A stretch of 64,000 nt of DNA from an uncultured Verrucomicrobiae bacterium (GTDB lineage Bacteria; Chlamydiota; Chlamydiia; Chlamydiales; Rhabdochlamydiaceae): assembly GCA_963818965.1 (NCBI GenBank), contig CAWFUG010000011.1, positions 224,001 to 288,000 of the forward strand, written 5' to 3'. A program made the translations under genes and the position numbers. This document shows, in pieces, positions 39,630 through 49,768 of the stretch (positions are counted from its first letter, which is position 1; the number at the start of each line of letters is the position of its first letter). The notes under the pieces are model-generated. The model was given only the letters and a program-made list of their open reading frames with translations. It did not search any database and was not told the DNA's origin.

Positions 39630-42600
39630 ATGTTGACGTTCCAGCAAATCATCCAAAAACTGATAGACTATTGGGAAAAACGGGGCTGCGTGATCCATCA
39701 GGGCCATGGTCTGGAAGTTGGAGCGGGGACGTTCAATCCTGCGACTTTTTTGCGCTGCTTAGGACCGGAAGAGTATTTTACAGCCTATGTCGAGCCCTCA
39801 AGACGCCCTTCTGATGGTCGTTACGGAGAAAATCCCAATCGCGTCCAGCTGTTTCATCAATTTCAAGTGATTTTAAAACCCTCGCCACCCGACGTTCAAC
39901 AGCTCTATCTCGATTCTCTAAGAGCTTTGGGATTCGATCTCAAAAAACACGACATCCGCTTTGTACACGACGACTGGGAATCGCCCACGATCGGCGCCTG
40001 GGGACTCGGCTGGGAAGTGTGGTGCGATGGGATGGAAATCACCCAATTCACCTATTTTCAAGCGATCGGCAGCCTCCCACTCAAACCAATCACCGTCGAG
40101 ATCACCATCGGCCTCGAGCGCTTGGCGATGTTCATCCAAAACAAAGATAGTCTCTACGATGTCCTCTGGAACGATACTCTGACCTTTGGCGATATCATCC
40201 GCGCTAACGAAATCGAATGGAGCACGTACAATTTCCAAGAAGCCTCCGCAGAGATGTGGCTGCGCCATTTCGAAGACTTCGAAAGAGAAGCCAAGACCTT
40301 GATGGCGCGCAATCTTCCCTTACCAGCCTATGATTTCGTCATCAAAGCCTCTCACGCCTTCAATATCCTGAATGCGCGCGGAATCATCTCCGTCACAGAG
40401 CGGACAGGATATATCACCCGCCTGCGGGATTTAGCGCGTCTCATCGCTGTCGAGTACACCGCAGCGCGCGAGAAGTTGGGATATCCCCTAATGCAGATAA
40501 AAAAGGCCAAAGAAAAGAAAACGCCCACACTTCTCAAGAAGATCCCCAAATTCAACCCGAAAAAAACCCAAGACTTTCTCTTGGAGATCGGCTCAGAACA
40601 GCTCCCTGCGACATTCGTCCCGATCGGCTGCACGCATCTCGAAAAGGCAGTTAAGAAATTGCTCGAAGACAATGCTCTTTCTTTTAAAGAAATTAAGACC
40701 TTTGGAACGCCACAACGCATCGCCATTTTAGTCCGCGCCCTAGCAGAAGGCTCAGAGGAAAAAGAGAGCGTGCGAAGAGGCCCTGCTCTAAGCGCTGCCT
40801 TCGATGCACAAGGAACGCTCACACCGCAAGGCCACGGCTTTTTAAAATCAATCGGCATCTCCACTTCTCCCACCCTAGAACAGGTGCAAAAAGGAAAAGT
40901 CGCTAGACTCCACACTGAATCCGTCAAAGGCACTGACTACCTCTTTGCGACAGTCGTCACAGAGGGAAAATCGAGCTTTGCTCTCCTCGCAGAAGAGCTC
41001 CCGCAACTCATCGCCACCCTCGAGTTCCCCAAAAAAATGCGCTGGGGCGATCTCGATATCAGCTATGCGCGTCCCATCCATTGGATCCTCGCGCTATTTG
41101 GCGACAAAATTATCCCCTTCACATTCGGCAATACCGTCTCTAATCGCCACTCCTTTGGCCACGCCCAACTCAAACCCCAATCGATTGCGATTAAAGAGCC
41201 CAAAGAATACCTCAAAGCGCTTAAAGAACACTACGTGCTGGCAGATATCGAAGAGAGACGAGAGAGCATTTTAAAACAGCTCAAAGCCCTTGAGAAAAAG
41301 CACAGCGTAAAAGCGCTTGCCCAAGACAAAGTCCTCCCCCAAGTCCTTCACCTCACCGAATGGCCTCAGCTCACGCTCGCCACCTTCGACTCTAAATTCT
41401 TGAAAATCCCCCAAGAAGTGCTCATCTCCGAGATGGTCGAACACCAAAAATACTTCCCCGTAGCAGATACACAAAGTCGGCTAAAAAACAGCTTCGTCAT
41501 CACTGCCGATAATAAACCCAACGACCTCATCCGACGGGGCAATCAAAGAGTGCTCTCTGCACGCCTAGCCGACGGCACCTTCCTCTATTCTCAAGACCTC
41601 GAAACCCCTCTGGAAAAATTCAATGAGAAGCTCGCTCTAATGACCTATCAAAAAGAGCTCGGCACGATGTTGGATAAAGTCAAAAGAGTGGGCTCTATCG
41701 CCACACTTACCAATCGCCTTCTCGACATCGCAGACGATAAAAAAGTCGCGCTTGCCGCCCTTTTGTGCAAAGCAGACCTCGCCTCTGCTCTCGTCGGTGA
41801 ATTCCCCGAACTCCAGGGAACCATTGGAAAGTACTACGCACTCGAACAAGGCCGAAATAAAGAGGTCGCAGAAGCCATCGAAGAGCACTGGATGCCACGC
41901 GCCGAGCAAGCACCTCTCCCGCAAACCCCCACGGGAATCATCTTGAGTCTCTCCGATAAAATCGACAACCTCTTGAGTTGCTATAGCGTCGGGCTCAAAC
42001 CTTCCTCCTCGAGTGATCCCTACGCGCTCCGCAGACAAGCGATCGGCATCCTCAAAATCCTCATCGATCGAGAAAAGAGCCTCGACCTAAGACAGTGGCT
42101 TCTCGAAGCTAGCAGATGTTTTCCCAACATCAAAACCCCAGAACCTCTCGTCGAAGAAATCCTCCACTTTATCACGGCAAGAGCCAAATCGGTCTTCGAA
42201 GATTTCGGATTCAAAAAGGAAGAGAGTGAAGCGTCTTTGCACGGGCTCTGCACCAACCCCTACGATCAATTCTGCAAGACAAAAGCCCTGCACACCTTCC
42301 GCAAATCAGGCACAGCTTTTGCTAAACTCCTCGAAGTCTACAAACGCGCAAAAGGACAGCTCACAAAACAGGTACAGACCCCATTCGATCCCCAACTCGC
42401 AAAAGAACCTGCAGAGAAAGCCCTCCTACGCGCTCTTGAGACCCTGCATAAACACTGGAAAGAGATCCTTGCTGAAAAGAGGTACCTCGATGCCTTCCAC
42501 GCGATCGCAGCGCTCCAAAAACCCCTCGCTACCCTCTTTGATAACGTGAAGATCCTAAGCGACGATCCCAAAATCCAAGACAACCGGATCGCCCTTCTCC

Positions 42601-42653
42601 AAATGGTCTTTGCCCCCTTTCGAGAACTGCTCGACTTCGACAGGATACAATAA
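39630..42653 (+). CDS. glyQS: Glycine--tRNA ligase, fused alpha/beta subunits
   Basis: Alpha motifs (GAGTF, ENPNR, DDWESPT) fused to beta motifs (LLEIGSE, EFPELQG, DPYALRR). Confidence 0.95.
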   Translation: MLTFQQIIQKLIDYWEKRGCVIHQGHGLEVGAGTFNPATFLRCLGPEEYFTAYVEPSRRPSDGRYGENPNRVQLFHQFQVILKPSPPDVQQLYLDSLRALGFDLKKHDIRFVHDDWESPTIGAWGLGWEVWCDGMEITQFTYFQAIGSLPLKPITVEITIGLERLAMFIQNKDSLYDVLWNDTLTFGDIIRANEIEWSTYNFQEASAEMWLRHFEDFEREAKTLMARNLPLPAYDFVIKASHAFNILNARGIISVTERTGYITRLRDLARLIAVEYTAAREKLGYPLMQIKKAKEKKTPTLLKKIPKFNPKKTQDFLLEIGSEQLPATFVPIGCTHLEKAVKKLLEDNALSFKEIKTFGTPQRIAILVRALAEGSEEKESVRRGPALSAAFDAQGTLTPQGHGFLKSIGISTSPTLEQVQKGKVARLHTESVKGTDYLFATVVTEGKSSFALLAEELPQLIATLEFPKKMRWGDLDISYARPIHWILALFGDKIIPFTFGNTVSNRHSFGHAQLKPQSIAIKEPKEYLKALKEHYVLADIEERRESILKQLKALEKKHSVKALAQDKVLPQVLHLTEWPQLTLATFDSKFLKIPQEVLISEMVEHQKYFPVADTQSRLKNSFVITADNKPNDLIRRGNQRVLSARLADGTFLYSQDLETPLEKFNEKLALMTYQKELGTMLDKVKRVGSIATLTNRLLDIADDKKVALAALLCKADLASALVGEFPELQGTIGKYYALEQGRNKEVAEAIEEHWMPRAEQAPLPQTPTGIILSLSDKIDNLLSCYSVGLKPSSSSDPYALRRQAIGILKILIDREKSLDLRQWLLEASRCFPNIKTPEPLVEEILHFITARAKSVFEDFGFKKEESEASLHGLCTNPYDQFCKTKALHTFRKSGTAFAKLLEVYKRAKGQLTKQVQTPFDPQLAKEPAEKALLRALETLHKHWKEILAEKRYLDAFHAIAALQKPLATLFDNVKILSDDPKIQDNRIALLQMVFAPFRELLDFDRIQ

Positions 42654-42654
42654 T

Positions 42655-43593
42655 ATGGTCTACCCTATCGTCGACCTCCACTGTGATCTTTTAGCCTATC
42701 TCTGCCAGCAACCAGGACGCACCCCTTGGGACCCAGCCCCGCGCTGCTCGATTCCCCAACTCAAAGAAGGACACGTCCAGCTCCAGACCCTTGCGATCTA
42801 CGCGGCGACAGCAGAAACCTCCGTAGAAAAAGGAAAACGACAAGTCGCCACCTTCCAAGAGCTGAATGCCCAATTTCCAGGCAGGTTTATCGCCGCTTTC
42901 GAAAACGCCTCCGGTTTCGCCCTTGAAAATGAACCCCTCAGCACCGCACTTTCTCGCCTAGAGAGCTACTGCTCACAACTCGGCCCCCTCTTCTACATCA
43001 GCCTCACCTGGGACGGAGAAAACCGGTTCGGCGGAGGAGTCGGCGCTCAGTGTGGACTAAAAAGGGATGGCAAAGATTTGATGGAATGGCTGAATGGCAA
43101 AAAAATCGCCATCGACTTGAGCCACGCCTCCGACCCTCTTGCTGAAGACGTCTTCAACCACATCGATGCGAAAGGCTATGACATCCCCGTCATCGCCAGC
43201 CACTCCAACTTCCGCTCTGTGACAGACCACCCGAGAAACCTCCCCGAACCCATCGCCAAAGAGATCATCCGCAGAAAAGGCCTCATCGGCCTCAACTTCA
43301 TCGCCTCTTTTCTCCACCGCACCGACCCCTCTGCCTTCTTGCGCCACATCGAATACGGGCTCGCCCTCGGTGCAGAAGAGGCGCTCTGTTTCGGCGCCGA
43401 CTTTTTCTGCGATGCAGATTTCCCCACCCTTTTCCAAAAACACCAGACCCACACCCTCTTCCTCCCCGGCTACGACGACGCTTCCCGCTACCCCCACATC
43501 CTCGCCGCCCTGGCGAGTACCCTCAAGCTCCCCCCCGAGCTCCTCTCTAAAATCGCCCATGGAAACGCTCTGCGCTTCCTGGGGAGGGGCTGA
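42655..43593 (+). CDS. Membrane dipeptidase (M19) family protein
   Basis: DLHCD, IDLSH, ASHSN, RNL and FGADF motifs. ATG 42655. Confidence 0.85.
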   Translation: MVYPIVDLHCDLLAYLCQQPGRTPWDPAPRCSIPQLKEGHVQLQTLAIYAATAETSVEKGKRQVATFQELNAQFPGRFIAAFENASGFALENEPLSTALSRLESYCSQLGPLFYISLTWDGENRFGGGVGAQCGLKRDGKDLMEWLNGKKIAIDLSHASDPLAEDVFNHIDAKGYDIPVIASHSNFRSVTDHPRNLPEPIAKEIIRRKGLIGLNFIASFLHRTDPSAFLRHIEYGLALGAEEALCFGADFFCDADFPTLFQKHQTHTLFLPGYDDASRYPHILAALASTLKLPPELLSKIAHGNALRFLGRG

Positions 43594-43597
43594 CCCT
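43492..43597 (+). repeat. Dipeptidase 3' end, duplicated at ~46594-46687
   Basis: ctctaaaatcgcccatggaaacgct.tgcgcttcctggggagggg.tgaccct occurs twice. Confidence 0.85.
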
Positions 43598-43818
43598 AAT
43601 TTTTCTGCCCTTTTGACCCCGGTGACTGAAAACCACTGGCACATTAGAGACATAACCAATTCTATTTCAGCATATTAAGAAAAGCAACTGCATTCCAAAA
43701 AAAGTTTCCTAAGCAACTTACTGACAATCAATAACATGTAAACTAAACACCTCATTTTTAAAGTTAATTTATATTTAAAATAAAATAAATTTTATTTATA
43801 ATTATAATTAATAAACTA

Positions 43819-44742
43819 ATGAGGTTTAATAAAATGTCAGCAACGTGTAATAACACATTAAGAGCCCAGATGCTACAAATGGTCGATGAGATCGGGGTAT
43901 TCGAGGATCAGATGACCTCTGAGGACCGCCTGACACACCTCGTCGTCTCCACTCCCTTCACTCCCCTTACCCAAACCAAAGAGCGAACAGACGCTCTGCA
44001 GCGCGCCAACGCATTTTATTGCACATTCGAAGGAGATAACCCACGCCAAATAACACCTGTTCAAGCTCTCATGAAGCTCAATGAGGGATTTTGTCGGGGC
44101 GCTTGTAGTGCGCTTATCGACCGCTGTATCGACGGTTTCCCTATTGAAAAAGCAGCACAAGCGATCACTCAGGCTAAAACAGAGGTCTTTTTTAGGCAGT
44201 TGGTCCCTCATCTTACCCTTTTAGATCTCTACAAAGCTCAATTCGAAACATGGGGAGATCCAGAAGGAGTAGCTAGGGTCGAGGCGGCCATCCAAAGCCT
44301 CACCAACGCAGAAACAGGGGAAACAATCCATACGGTTGATTTTACCGAAGGGATTGAGATAGACGATGCAGGTCCTCTGCAGACTAAATGCCAACGGTTC
44401 GACTCGTTGGACACTTATACAACCACCTTTAACGCGTTAATGGACAGAATTCCCCCGAATACTACAGTCCATGGGAGCATCATGCGCTCCGATCACGTCA
44501 TGGCCTTTGAGTATGGCCCCAGTGGCCTTTATCTCTTCGACACTTTCCGAGAAACAGAGAGAGGTCTCTATTCTTTCCCTGATAAGGCGATGTTCACTCG
44601 GGCGTTGAGATCTTTTTCTCAGGAAGGTTGGGAGGATAAACTAAGAATAGAATCTTTCGATACTCTCAGGTCTTCTGAGGTAACGTTCGTCGTTAATCAT
44701 TTAAAGCCGCTCATAAAAATCTACGAAAATATATGCAAATAG
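43819..44742 (+). CDS. YopT/C58-like papain-fold cysteine protease candidate (copy 1), C-terminus altered by the IS insertion
   Basis: GFCRGAC ... DHVMAFEYG ... YLFD gives Cys-His-Asp order. Paralog of 46870-47799. Confidence 0.6.
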   Translation: MRFNKMSATCNNTLRAQMLQMVDEIGVFEDQMTSEDRLTHLVVSTPFTPLTQTKERTDALQRANAFYCTFEGDNPRQITPVQALMKLNEGFCRGACSALIDRCIDGFPIEKAAQAITQAKTEVFFRQLVPHLTLLDLYKAQFETWGDPEGVARVEAAIQSLTNAETGETIHTVDFTEGIEIDDAGPLQTKCQRFDSLDTYTTTFNALMDRIPPNTTVHGSIMRSDHVMAFEYGPSGLYLFDTFRETERGLYSFPDKAMFTRALRSFSQEGWEDKLRIESFDTLRSSEVTFVVNHLKPLIKIYENICK

Positions 44743-44870
44743 CATTGTTCTCATAGAGACGTCAGCCGAGCAGTGCTGCCAACGATTCGCATGTCGGAGT
44801 CGCACCGACAAGATCCGGGATGGGTTCTGTCTCAAGAGCAGCTTTGAAGGTGCTCGAGGATCTTTTGGCC
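44707..44870 (-). ncRNA. Predicted omegaRNA scaffold of TnpB
   Basis: Overlaps the tnpB 3' end and right end. Hairpins TGTCGG-TGCGACT-CCGACA and CGTTGGC...GCTGACG. Position expected for TnpB systems; boundaries inferred. Confidence 0.5.
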
Positions 44871-46360
44871 CGGAAATGCGCTGCAAGCGCTGCTCGTACT
44901 CTCTTATTTATGTCCCGCCACTGATGCCATACGTGCTTGTCCCGATTCCTTACAGGTAGGGATAAGGCGACATGAGAATCTTTGCCATCTGGGACTTTGT
45001 CCAGATGGCGCGGTACTTTTTCAGAAAGGTTTAAAAATCTGCGGCCTATGCATAGGGCCGCTGCATGATGAATGGAGAGTCCATACCTTACAGCAAACTT
45101 CACTCTGCCGATGAGTGAGGTAAAGGCGGGATTGACCTGTTGCACTTCGATTTGTTTGCCAAAAGCTCTAGACCTTAAATGTGTCAGGATAGCCTGATAG
45201 GAAAAGGAGGAAAGTTTACGGGATTGCGCAGGAGAACAGATTTCTCGAAGGGATTGCTTTTTCTTAGAAAAGTCGAGGTCTTCGAGGATGATGGGTTTTA
45301 AGGTTTTCTCCGCATGGCTCACCACTTTGGCACATGCGTCTCCGATGAGTGCCAGGGATTGTTCTTTGGTCTTTCCATAAAGATTTAATGGGATAGTTTG
45401 TTTGTAGAGAGGATTGCCAAAGCGATCGGTTTCAACGACAGCCAAATGGTCCGTATTGATATCGACCCCAATGATACCTCTGGCTTTGTTAGTTTTCCAG
45501 TTGGGGGTAGGAAGTGATGTGCTGACAAAAAGACGCCACCCCATTTTGTCGTGTTTAAACCGAAAGGTTAGGGCTTGTCCGTGCTTGGTGAAGTGGGGAT
45601 CTTTGGCCCCAGCCAAGAGATGTCTTTGCTTGCAATCCTCTAGGCTTGTCAGTATTTCCTGATGTCCATACGCAAAACCGACATGGGGAATTGTGAGGTA
45701 TTTACCAAATTTGCTGTGAAGAGCATCCGGCAAGCGGATGCGTAGAGTCAGATTATTGTCTGTTTCTATGCTCGCGGTGCAGGTTTGGTTGCCGGAGGTT
45801 TCGTCTTTAGAGCCTAAAAAGAAAATCTCAGATGTTCTTGCATGGCGCCACTCTTCAAGCCACTCTCCATGAGTTTTATAGTGATTTTCCTCTAAATTAA
45901 ATTGAGCATGGAACAGTTTTTTAGACCCGAAACAGAGAGAAATTTTGTCCTGCTCTTGATCTTTGATGAGTCGTTCCAGGCGCTGCTGTAAGTTGTGCAG
46001 CCGCCGTTTTTTTTGATGGGTTAAACAGGAAAGCAAACGCTTTTTTCGAAGTTTGGAAATTTTTGTTTCCACTGCTTTGATCTGCTCTTTTAGATCGGAG
46101 ATCTGCATTTTACGCAGTTCTTTAATGGAGGCTATTTTCCCCTCAATCTTCACACGAATGGCATTGAATTGTCTGGCGGTAATGCCATATTTAACCAAGT
46201 AAGATGATTTGAGCTCGCTGGCGGTTTTTCCCTTGCTGATCTCAGCGAGAAGACAGTGTTCCACATGCGCAAAGAGCGCCGCACATGTCTGGAGTGCCTC
46301 CTGAGCTATGGGGTCAAGAGACAGGCGGGTTTGATAGGTTCTCACTGGATCTTTCATCAT
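44762..46360 (-). CDS. tnpB: TnpB-family RNA-guided nuclease-like protein
   Basis: RuvC-I GVDIN, RuvC-II ILEDLDF, VNPAFTS and C-terminal HHAAALCIGRR motifs. Confidence 0.85.
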   Translation of the reverse strand: MMKDPVRTYQTRLSLDPIAQEALQTCAALFAHVEHCLLAEISKGKTASELKSSYLVKYGITARQFNAIRVKIEGKIASIKELRKMQISDLKEQIKAVETKISKLRKKRLLSCLTHQKKRRLHNLQQRLERLIKDQEQDKISLCFGSKKLFHAQFNLEENHYKTHGEWLEEWRHARTSEIFFLGSKDETSGNQTCTASIETDNNLTLRIRLPDALHSKFGKYLTIPHVGFAYGHQEILTSLEDCKQRHLLAGAKDPHFTKHGQALTFRFKHDKMGWRLFVSTSLPTPNWKTNKARGIIGVDINTDHLAVVETDRFGNPLYKQTIPLNLYGKTKEQSLALIGDACAKVVSHAEKTLKPIILEDLDFSKKKQSLREICSPAQSRKLSSFSYQAILTHLRSRAFGKQIEVQQVNPAFTSLIGRVKFAVRYGLSIHHAAALCIGRRFLNLSEKVPRHLDKVPDGKDSHVALSLPVRNRDKHVWHQWRDINKRVRAALAAHFRAKRSSSTFKAALETEPIPDLVGATPTCESLAALLG

Positions 46361-46511
46361 AGGGCTGAGGCTGCCTCTTTTAGAGCTTCAAGCACTTTTT
46401 GATTTTTACGACTTCTCGCTCCATATGAGCTTGCAGGAAAAACTGTAATGATTTCAAGCGCGATTTTTCCAGTGCTTGCTTTTATGGGAATGAAATATAT
46501 GCATTTTGCAT
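46357..46511 (-). pseudogene. tnpA: Internally deleted IS607 serine-recombinase tnpA
   Basis: C-terminal LEIITVFPASSYGARSRKNQKVLEALKEAA resembles the IS607 TnpA end (LEIITVFSARLYGxRS). Possible original start MQNAYIS. Confidence 0.7.
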
Positions 46512-46869
46512 ATGTTAGTATAGTTTTTCGTATATTTTATGTTGCAGCTGACAACCCCTTTAGAGATCATTTAACAAAGGTTATTATACCGAACCCACGT
46601 CCTCGCCACCCTGGCGGGGACCCTCAAGCTCTTCTCTAAAATCGCCCATGGAAACGCTTTGCGCTTCCTGGGGAGGGGTTGACCCTGGCATTACGCTCGC
46701 AACACGCTCTATTTCAATAACTTAAAAAAATCCTCTCTTTTCCAAGAAAAGCTCTATTAAAGCCTGAATACCAACAACATGTCGTTACATTTCAAACATT
46801 AAAATAATAATTTACATTTAACAAAAATTAACATAAAATATAAATAAACAACATAAGGATCCTAACAAA

Positions 46870-47799
46870 ATGTCATCAATCTACAACAACACAGCAATAG
46901 ACCATCAATTACAAAATGACGCTATCCCCCAGAGCTTCCAGGATCCGATACCCTCCCTGACACAACGCCAAAAATTCCTAGTCATTCCATGCCCTCTAAC
47001 GCTTACCGGAGAGTCTGTTTTTGAAGCAATAGATCGCACGAACACTTTTTGGCGCCTCTTCGAAGGACACGACCAGAGCGAAAACAAAATAACAGGTGAA
47101 CAAGCGATAGAAACCTTGAGGAATGGCCGTTGTCGAGGAGCAGTATCCACCCTTCTCAATCGTTGTACAGAACTTCCCATCGAAGAAGCGGCTCGCGACA
47201 TCGAACAATGCAAGGCAGAAGTGTTTTTCTTGCAATTGGTTCCAGCTGTCTCCGCCTTCGATCTTCGTCAAGCTGGGCTCGAGGATGCACTAAAAAAAGA
47301 GGGCCTGTCAGAAGATCAACGCTGCGAACGGGAAGGTAAACTATCTAGATTCAAAACGACCTGTGAGTGGCTCGATGCACAAAAGATCCACCATGGAGAC
47401 TATCGTTGGTCAGAAGGGCAAGCAGTCCATTCTAGCACTATGATAACCGAATGCAATATTTTCAATTCCTCAGAGGAATATGCAACTACCTTTAACGACT
47501 TAGCCGCTCAAGCCCCACCGGGTGCTATCCTCCAAGGAACAATCGATCTTCTCGATCACAGGATGGCATTTGAGTATGGGCCTGAAAAATGTTACCTCTT
47601 TGATGCTTTTTGTGATGAACAATCGGGTCTGTTTCTTTTCCCAGATAAGGAGACATTCATCCTAGCAGTAAGGGAAGCTGTCGTCGAAACAGCCAGAGGC
47701 TATCTCGACAACGCGATGAAAAAAGGAATAACCGACCAAATCCGGGAAACCTTCGAAACGGAACAAGTTAGTTTTATCGTGAATTCTGTTAAGCCTTAA
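46870..47799 (+). CDS. YopT/C58-like papain-fold cysteine protease candidate (copy 2)
   Basis: GRCRGAV ... DHRMAFEYG ... YLFD motifs. Confidence 0.6.
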   Translation: MSSIYNNTAIDHQLQNDAIPQSFQDPIPSLTQRQKFLVIPCPLTLTGESVFEAIDRTNTFWRLFEGHDQSENKITGEQAIETLRNGRCRGAVSTLLNRCTELPIEEAARDIEQCKAEVFFLQLVPAVSAFDLRQAGLEDALKKEGLSEDQRCEREGKLSRFKTTCEWLDAQKIHHGDYRWSEGQAVHSSTMITECNIFNSSEEYATTFNDLAAQAPPGAILQGTIDLLDHRMAFEYGPEKCYLFDAFCDEQSGLFLFPDKETFILAVREAVVETARGYLDNAMKKGITDQIRETFETEQVSFIVNSVKP

Positions 47800-49555
47800 C
47801 GATCACCTGCGGCGGATGGTTCTTCATCGCATCGAACTGCTTTGCGAGCGCCAATGCCTCTTCATCCGATAGATTTCCTGCCTGTAGCTGGCAGCGGATC
47901 GCCTCTCGATCTTCCATCCATTTGCGCACGAGCATTTTGCGCACCGTTTCGGTAAAGCCCTCATTGGCTTTAGAGAGGTTGATCTTTCGCTGCATCACTT
48001 CGGTCAAGAGTTTTTGATCTTCTTCTGTCGGTAAACAACTCCCCATGGCGAGTAGATCGCAGGGACGCCCCTGCTCTTTCGCCTCCAAAAACTCCTGATA
48101 CAACCGGTAGGCTGTGGGCATATAAAAATGCTCTTGCCGAATGTTGGCCTTTGCGAGCACTGCCATCTCTTGAGAATCGGAAAAAATGAGCCAGCGCAAA
48201 AAGTCGGCTTCCAAGATCCGGTGTGGGTCGATCTCTTGGATACCCAAGACCCCTTTTTTTTTGATGAAGAGATCGGGCAAGGAGATTTGGCCGACGCCGA
48301 TCGCCGATTCGGGCACCTGCGCGATTTCTGCCAATTGGCGCAGGCTCTCATGCACCATGACGGGCATTTCCCATTCCTTGACCTTTCCGACGATCTCATT
48401 TACGATTTCATTCTTTTTGGATGGGGGGAGATTTTTTGCCCCTCCACTTAAGACCTCGTAGACGAAAGGGAGATAGTGCACGCTCTGATCGAGAAGAGAT
48501 TGAAAGTGATCAGCTCCCCATTGGACGAGAACTGAATCGGGGTCTTTGCCTTCAGGGAGGCGCACGATAGACACCCCTACCCCTTTTTTCTGAAAGAGAT
48601 CGCCGATTTTGATCGCCGCCTGCCTCCCCGCCGTATCGGCATCTAGAGCCAAATAAACGTGCGCTACGCCTAGCTGGAGCAGCTCCTTGACGTGGTCCTG
48701 CCCAAAGGCCGTCCCCTGCCCTGCGACGGTGTAAGTAAATCCCGCATGGATCAATTTCAAACAATCGATCTGCCCCTCGACGACGATCGCTTTTTTTTCT
48801 TTGGCGATGCGCGTGCGCGAATCGCTCAATCCAAATAAAACGCGCGACTTCTTAAAAAGGGGAGTCTCTGGAGTATTGATGTACTTACCCCCAAAAGTCT
48901 CTTCCTTGAATTTGCGCGCTGAAAAACCGATGACAGCTCCCATCGCATCTCGAATGGGAAAAGTGATCCTCTCAGAAAAAAAATCGCGCCTTTTCCCCGC
49001 ACGCATTAACCCCGCTTCTTCGATCACCCGCTCCTCGACCCCCTCTGCGCGTAAGTAACGGAACAGAAGATCGGGTTGAGCGGGAGCATAACCGATTTGG
49101 AATCGGCGCAAAAAGGGAAGATCCAACCCCCTCTCATACAAATACTGGAGCGGCTGACGCCCCTCTTCAGAATAGAGCAATAAATAGTGGTAAAGAGAGC
49201 TCGCATCACCTAAGGCGCGTTTCATCTCAGCGCGGCTCGGCCCCTTCTCTTTCTCCGGAGCATCGATCCTATCTAGTGTCACCTGAAAACGCTCTGCGAG
49301 GTGCTCGACCGCCTCAGAGAAAGTCATTTTGACATAAGACATCAAAAAAGCGATCGAGTCCCCGTGCGCTCCACAGCCAAAACAGTGGTAATGCCGATCT
49401 CCCCGCTGCACCATAAAAGAGGGCGTCTTTTCCTCGTGAAAAGGGCACAGCGCCTTAAACGCCGACCCTGACCGTGTCATTTTGATATGGGAAGAGAGCA
49501 CTTCTGCCAGATCGATGCGCTGCCGTAACAGCTCGAGACTTTCTTGCGTAAACAT
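47789..49555 (-). CDS. dnaG: DNA primase
   Basis: CPFHEEKTPSF zinc finger, CFGCG, KYINTPET, VEGQID and LDAD TOPRIM motifs. Confidence 0.95.
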   Translation of the reverse strand: MFTQESLELLRQRIDLAEVLSSHIKMTRSGSAFKALCPFHEEKTPSFMVQRGDRHYHCFGCGAHGDSIAFLMSYVKMTFSEAVEHLAERFQVTLDRIDAPEKEKGPSRAEMKRALGDASSLYHYLLLYSEEGRQPLQYLYERGLDLPFLRRFQIGYAPAQPDLLFRYLRAEGVEERVIEEAGLMRAGKRRDFFSERITFPIRDAMGAVIGFSARKFKEETFGGKYINTPETPLFKKSRVLFGLSDSRTRIAKEKKAIVVEGQIDCLKLIHAGFTYTVAGQGTAFGQDHVKELLQLGVAHVYLALDADTAGRQAAIKIGDLFQKKGVGVSIVRLPEGKDPDSVLVQWGADHFQSLLDQSVHYLPFVYEVLSGGAKNLPPSKKNEIVNEIVGKVKEWEMPVMVHESLRQLAEIAQVPESAIGVGQISLPDLFIKKKGVLGIQEIDPHRILEADFLRWLIFSDSQEMAVLAKANIRQEHFYMPTAYRLYQEFLEAKEQGRPCDLLAMGSCLPTEEDQKLLTEVMQRKINLSKANEGFTETVRKMLVRKWMEDREAIRCQLQAGNLSDEEALALAKQFDAMKNHPPQVIVKA

Positions 49556-49602
49556 ATATAAGGCCCCCTTGCGATACGTGAACTCCGGGGCGTTGACGCT
49601 GT

Positions 49603-49750
49603 TCCACGACCAAATTTTGAGTCCACTTGGATATAGATCAAAATATAGCGCTAGGAAGATAATCGCGCAATCGATTTGGATTAGAGCTGCGTCGAATCCC
49701 GGCGCTTTGGCGCAATCCTACGGCCAACTTTTGAGTCCACTTGGGTATAT
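49603..49750 (-). repeat. Two tandem degenerate short TATAC element ends upstream of dnaG
   Basis: ccaaattttgagtccacttggatata and ccaacttttgagtccacttgggtata. Confidence 0.8.
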
Positions 49751-49768
49751 TTTACGAAGAGGTAAACA

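Larger units (their letters stand above)
44707..46558 (-). mobile_element. Non-autonomous IS607-family derivative (tnpA deleted, tnpB intact)
   Basis: tnpA remnant overlaps the tnpB start (ATGA). GG dinucleotides at both junctions. Related cataaaa.atacgaaaa..tatgcaaa motifs in inverted orientation at the two ends. Confidence 0.75.

Noticed and set aside
39630..42653. Fused glycyl-tRNA synthetase as a novelty
   Set aside because: The alpha-beta fusion is the established state in Chlamydiae.
43057..43659. Long antisense or alternate-frame ORFs in glyQS, the dipeptidase, mutS, uvrC and the helicase (e.g. 40352-40933, 63002-63637)
   Set aside because: Shadow ORFs of well-supported genes, with no motifs or RBS.
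47780..47812. Protease copy 2 / dnaG junction as a target of the TnpB guide
   Set aside because: A GG is present, but the adjacent sequence (cttaacagaattcacg) has several mismatches to the predicted guide seed (ctttaaatgattaacg).
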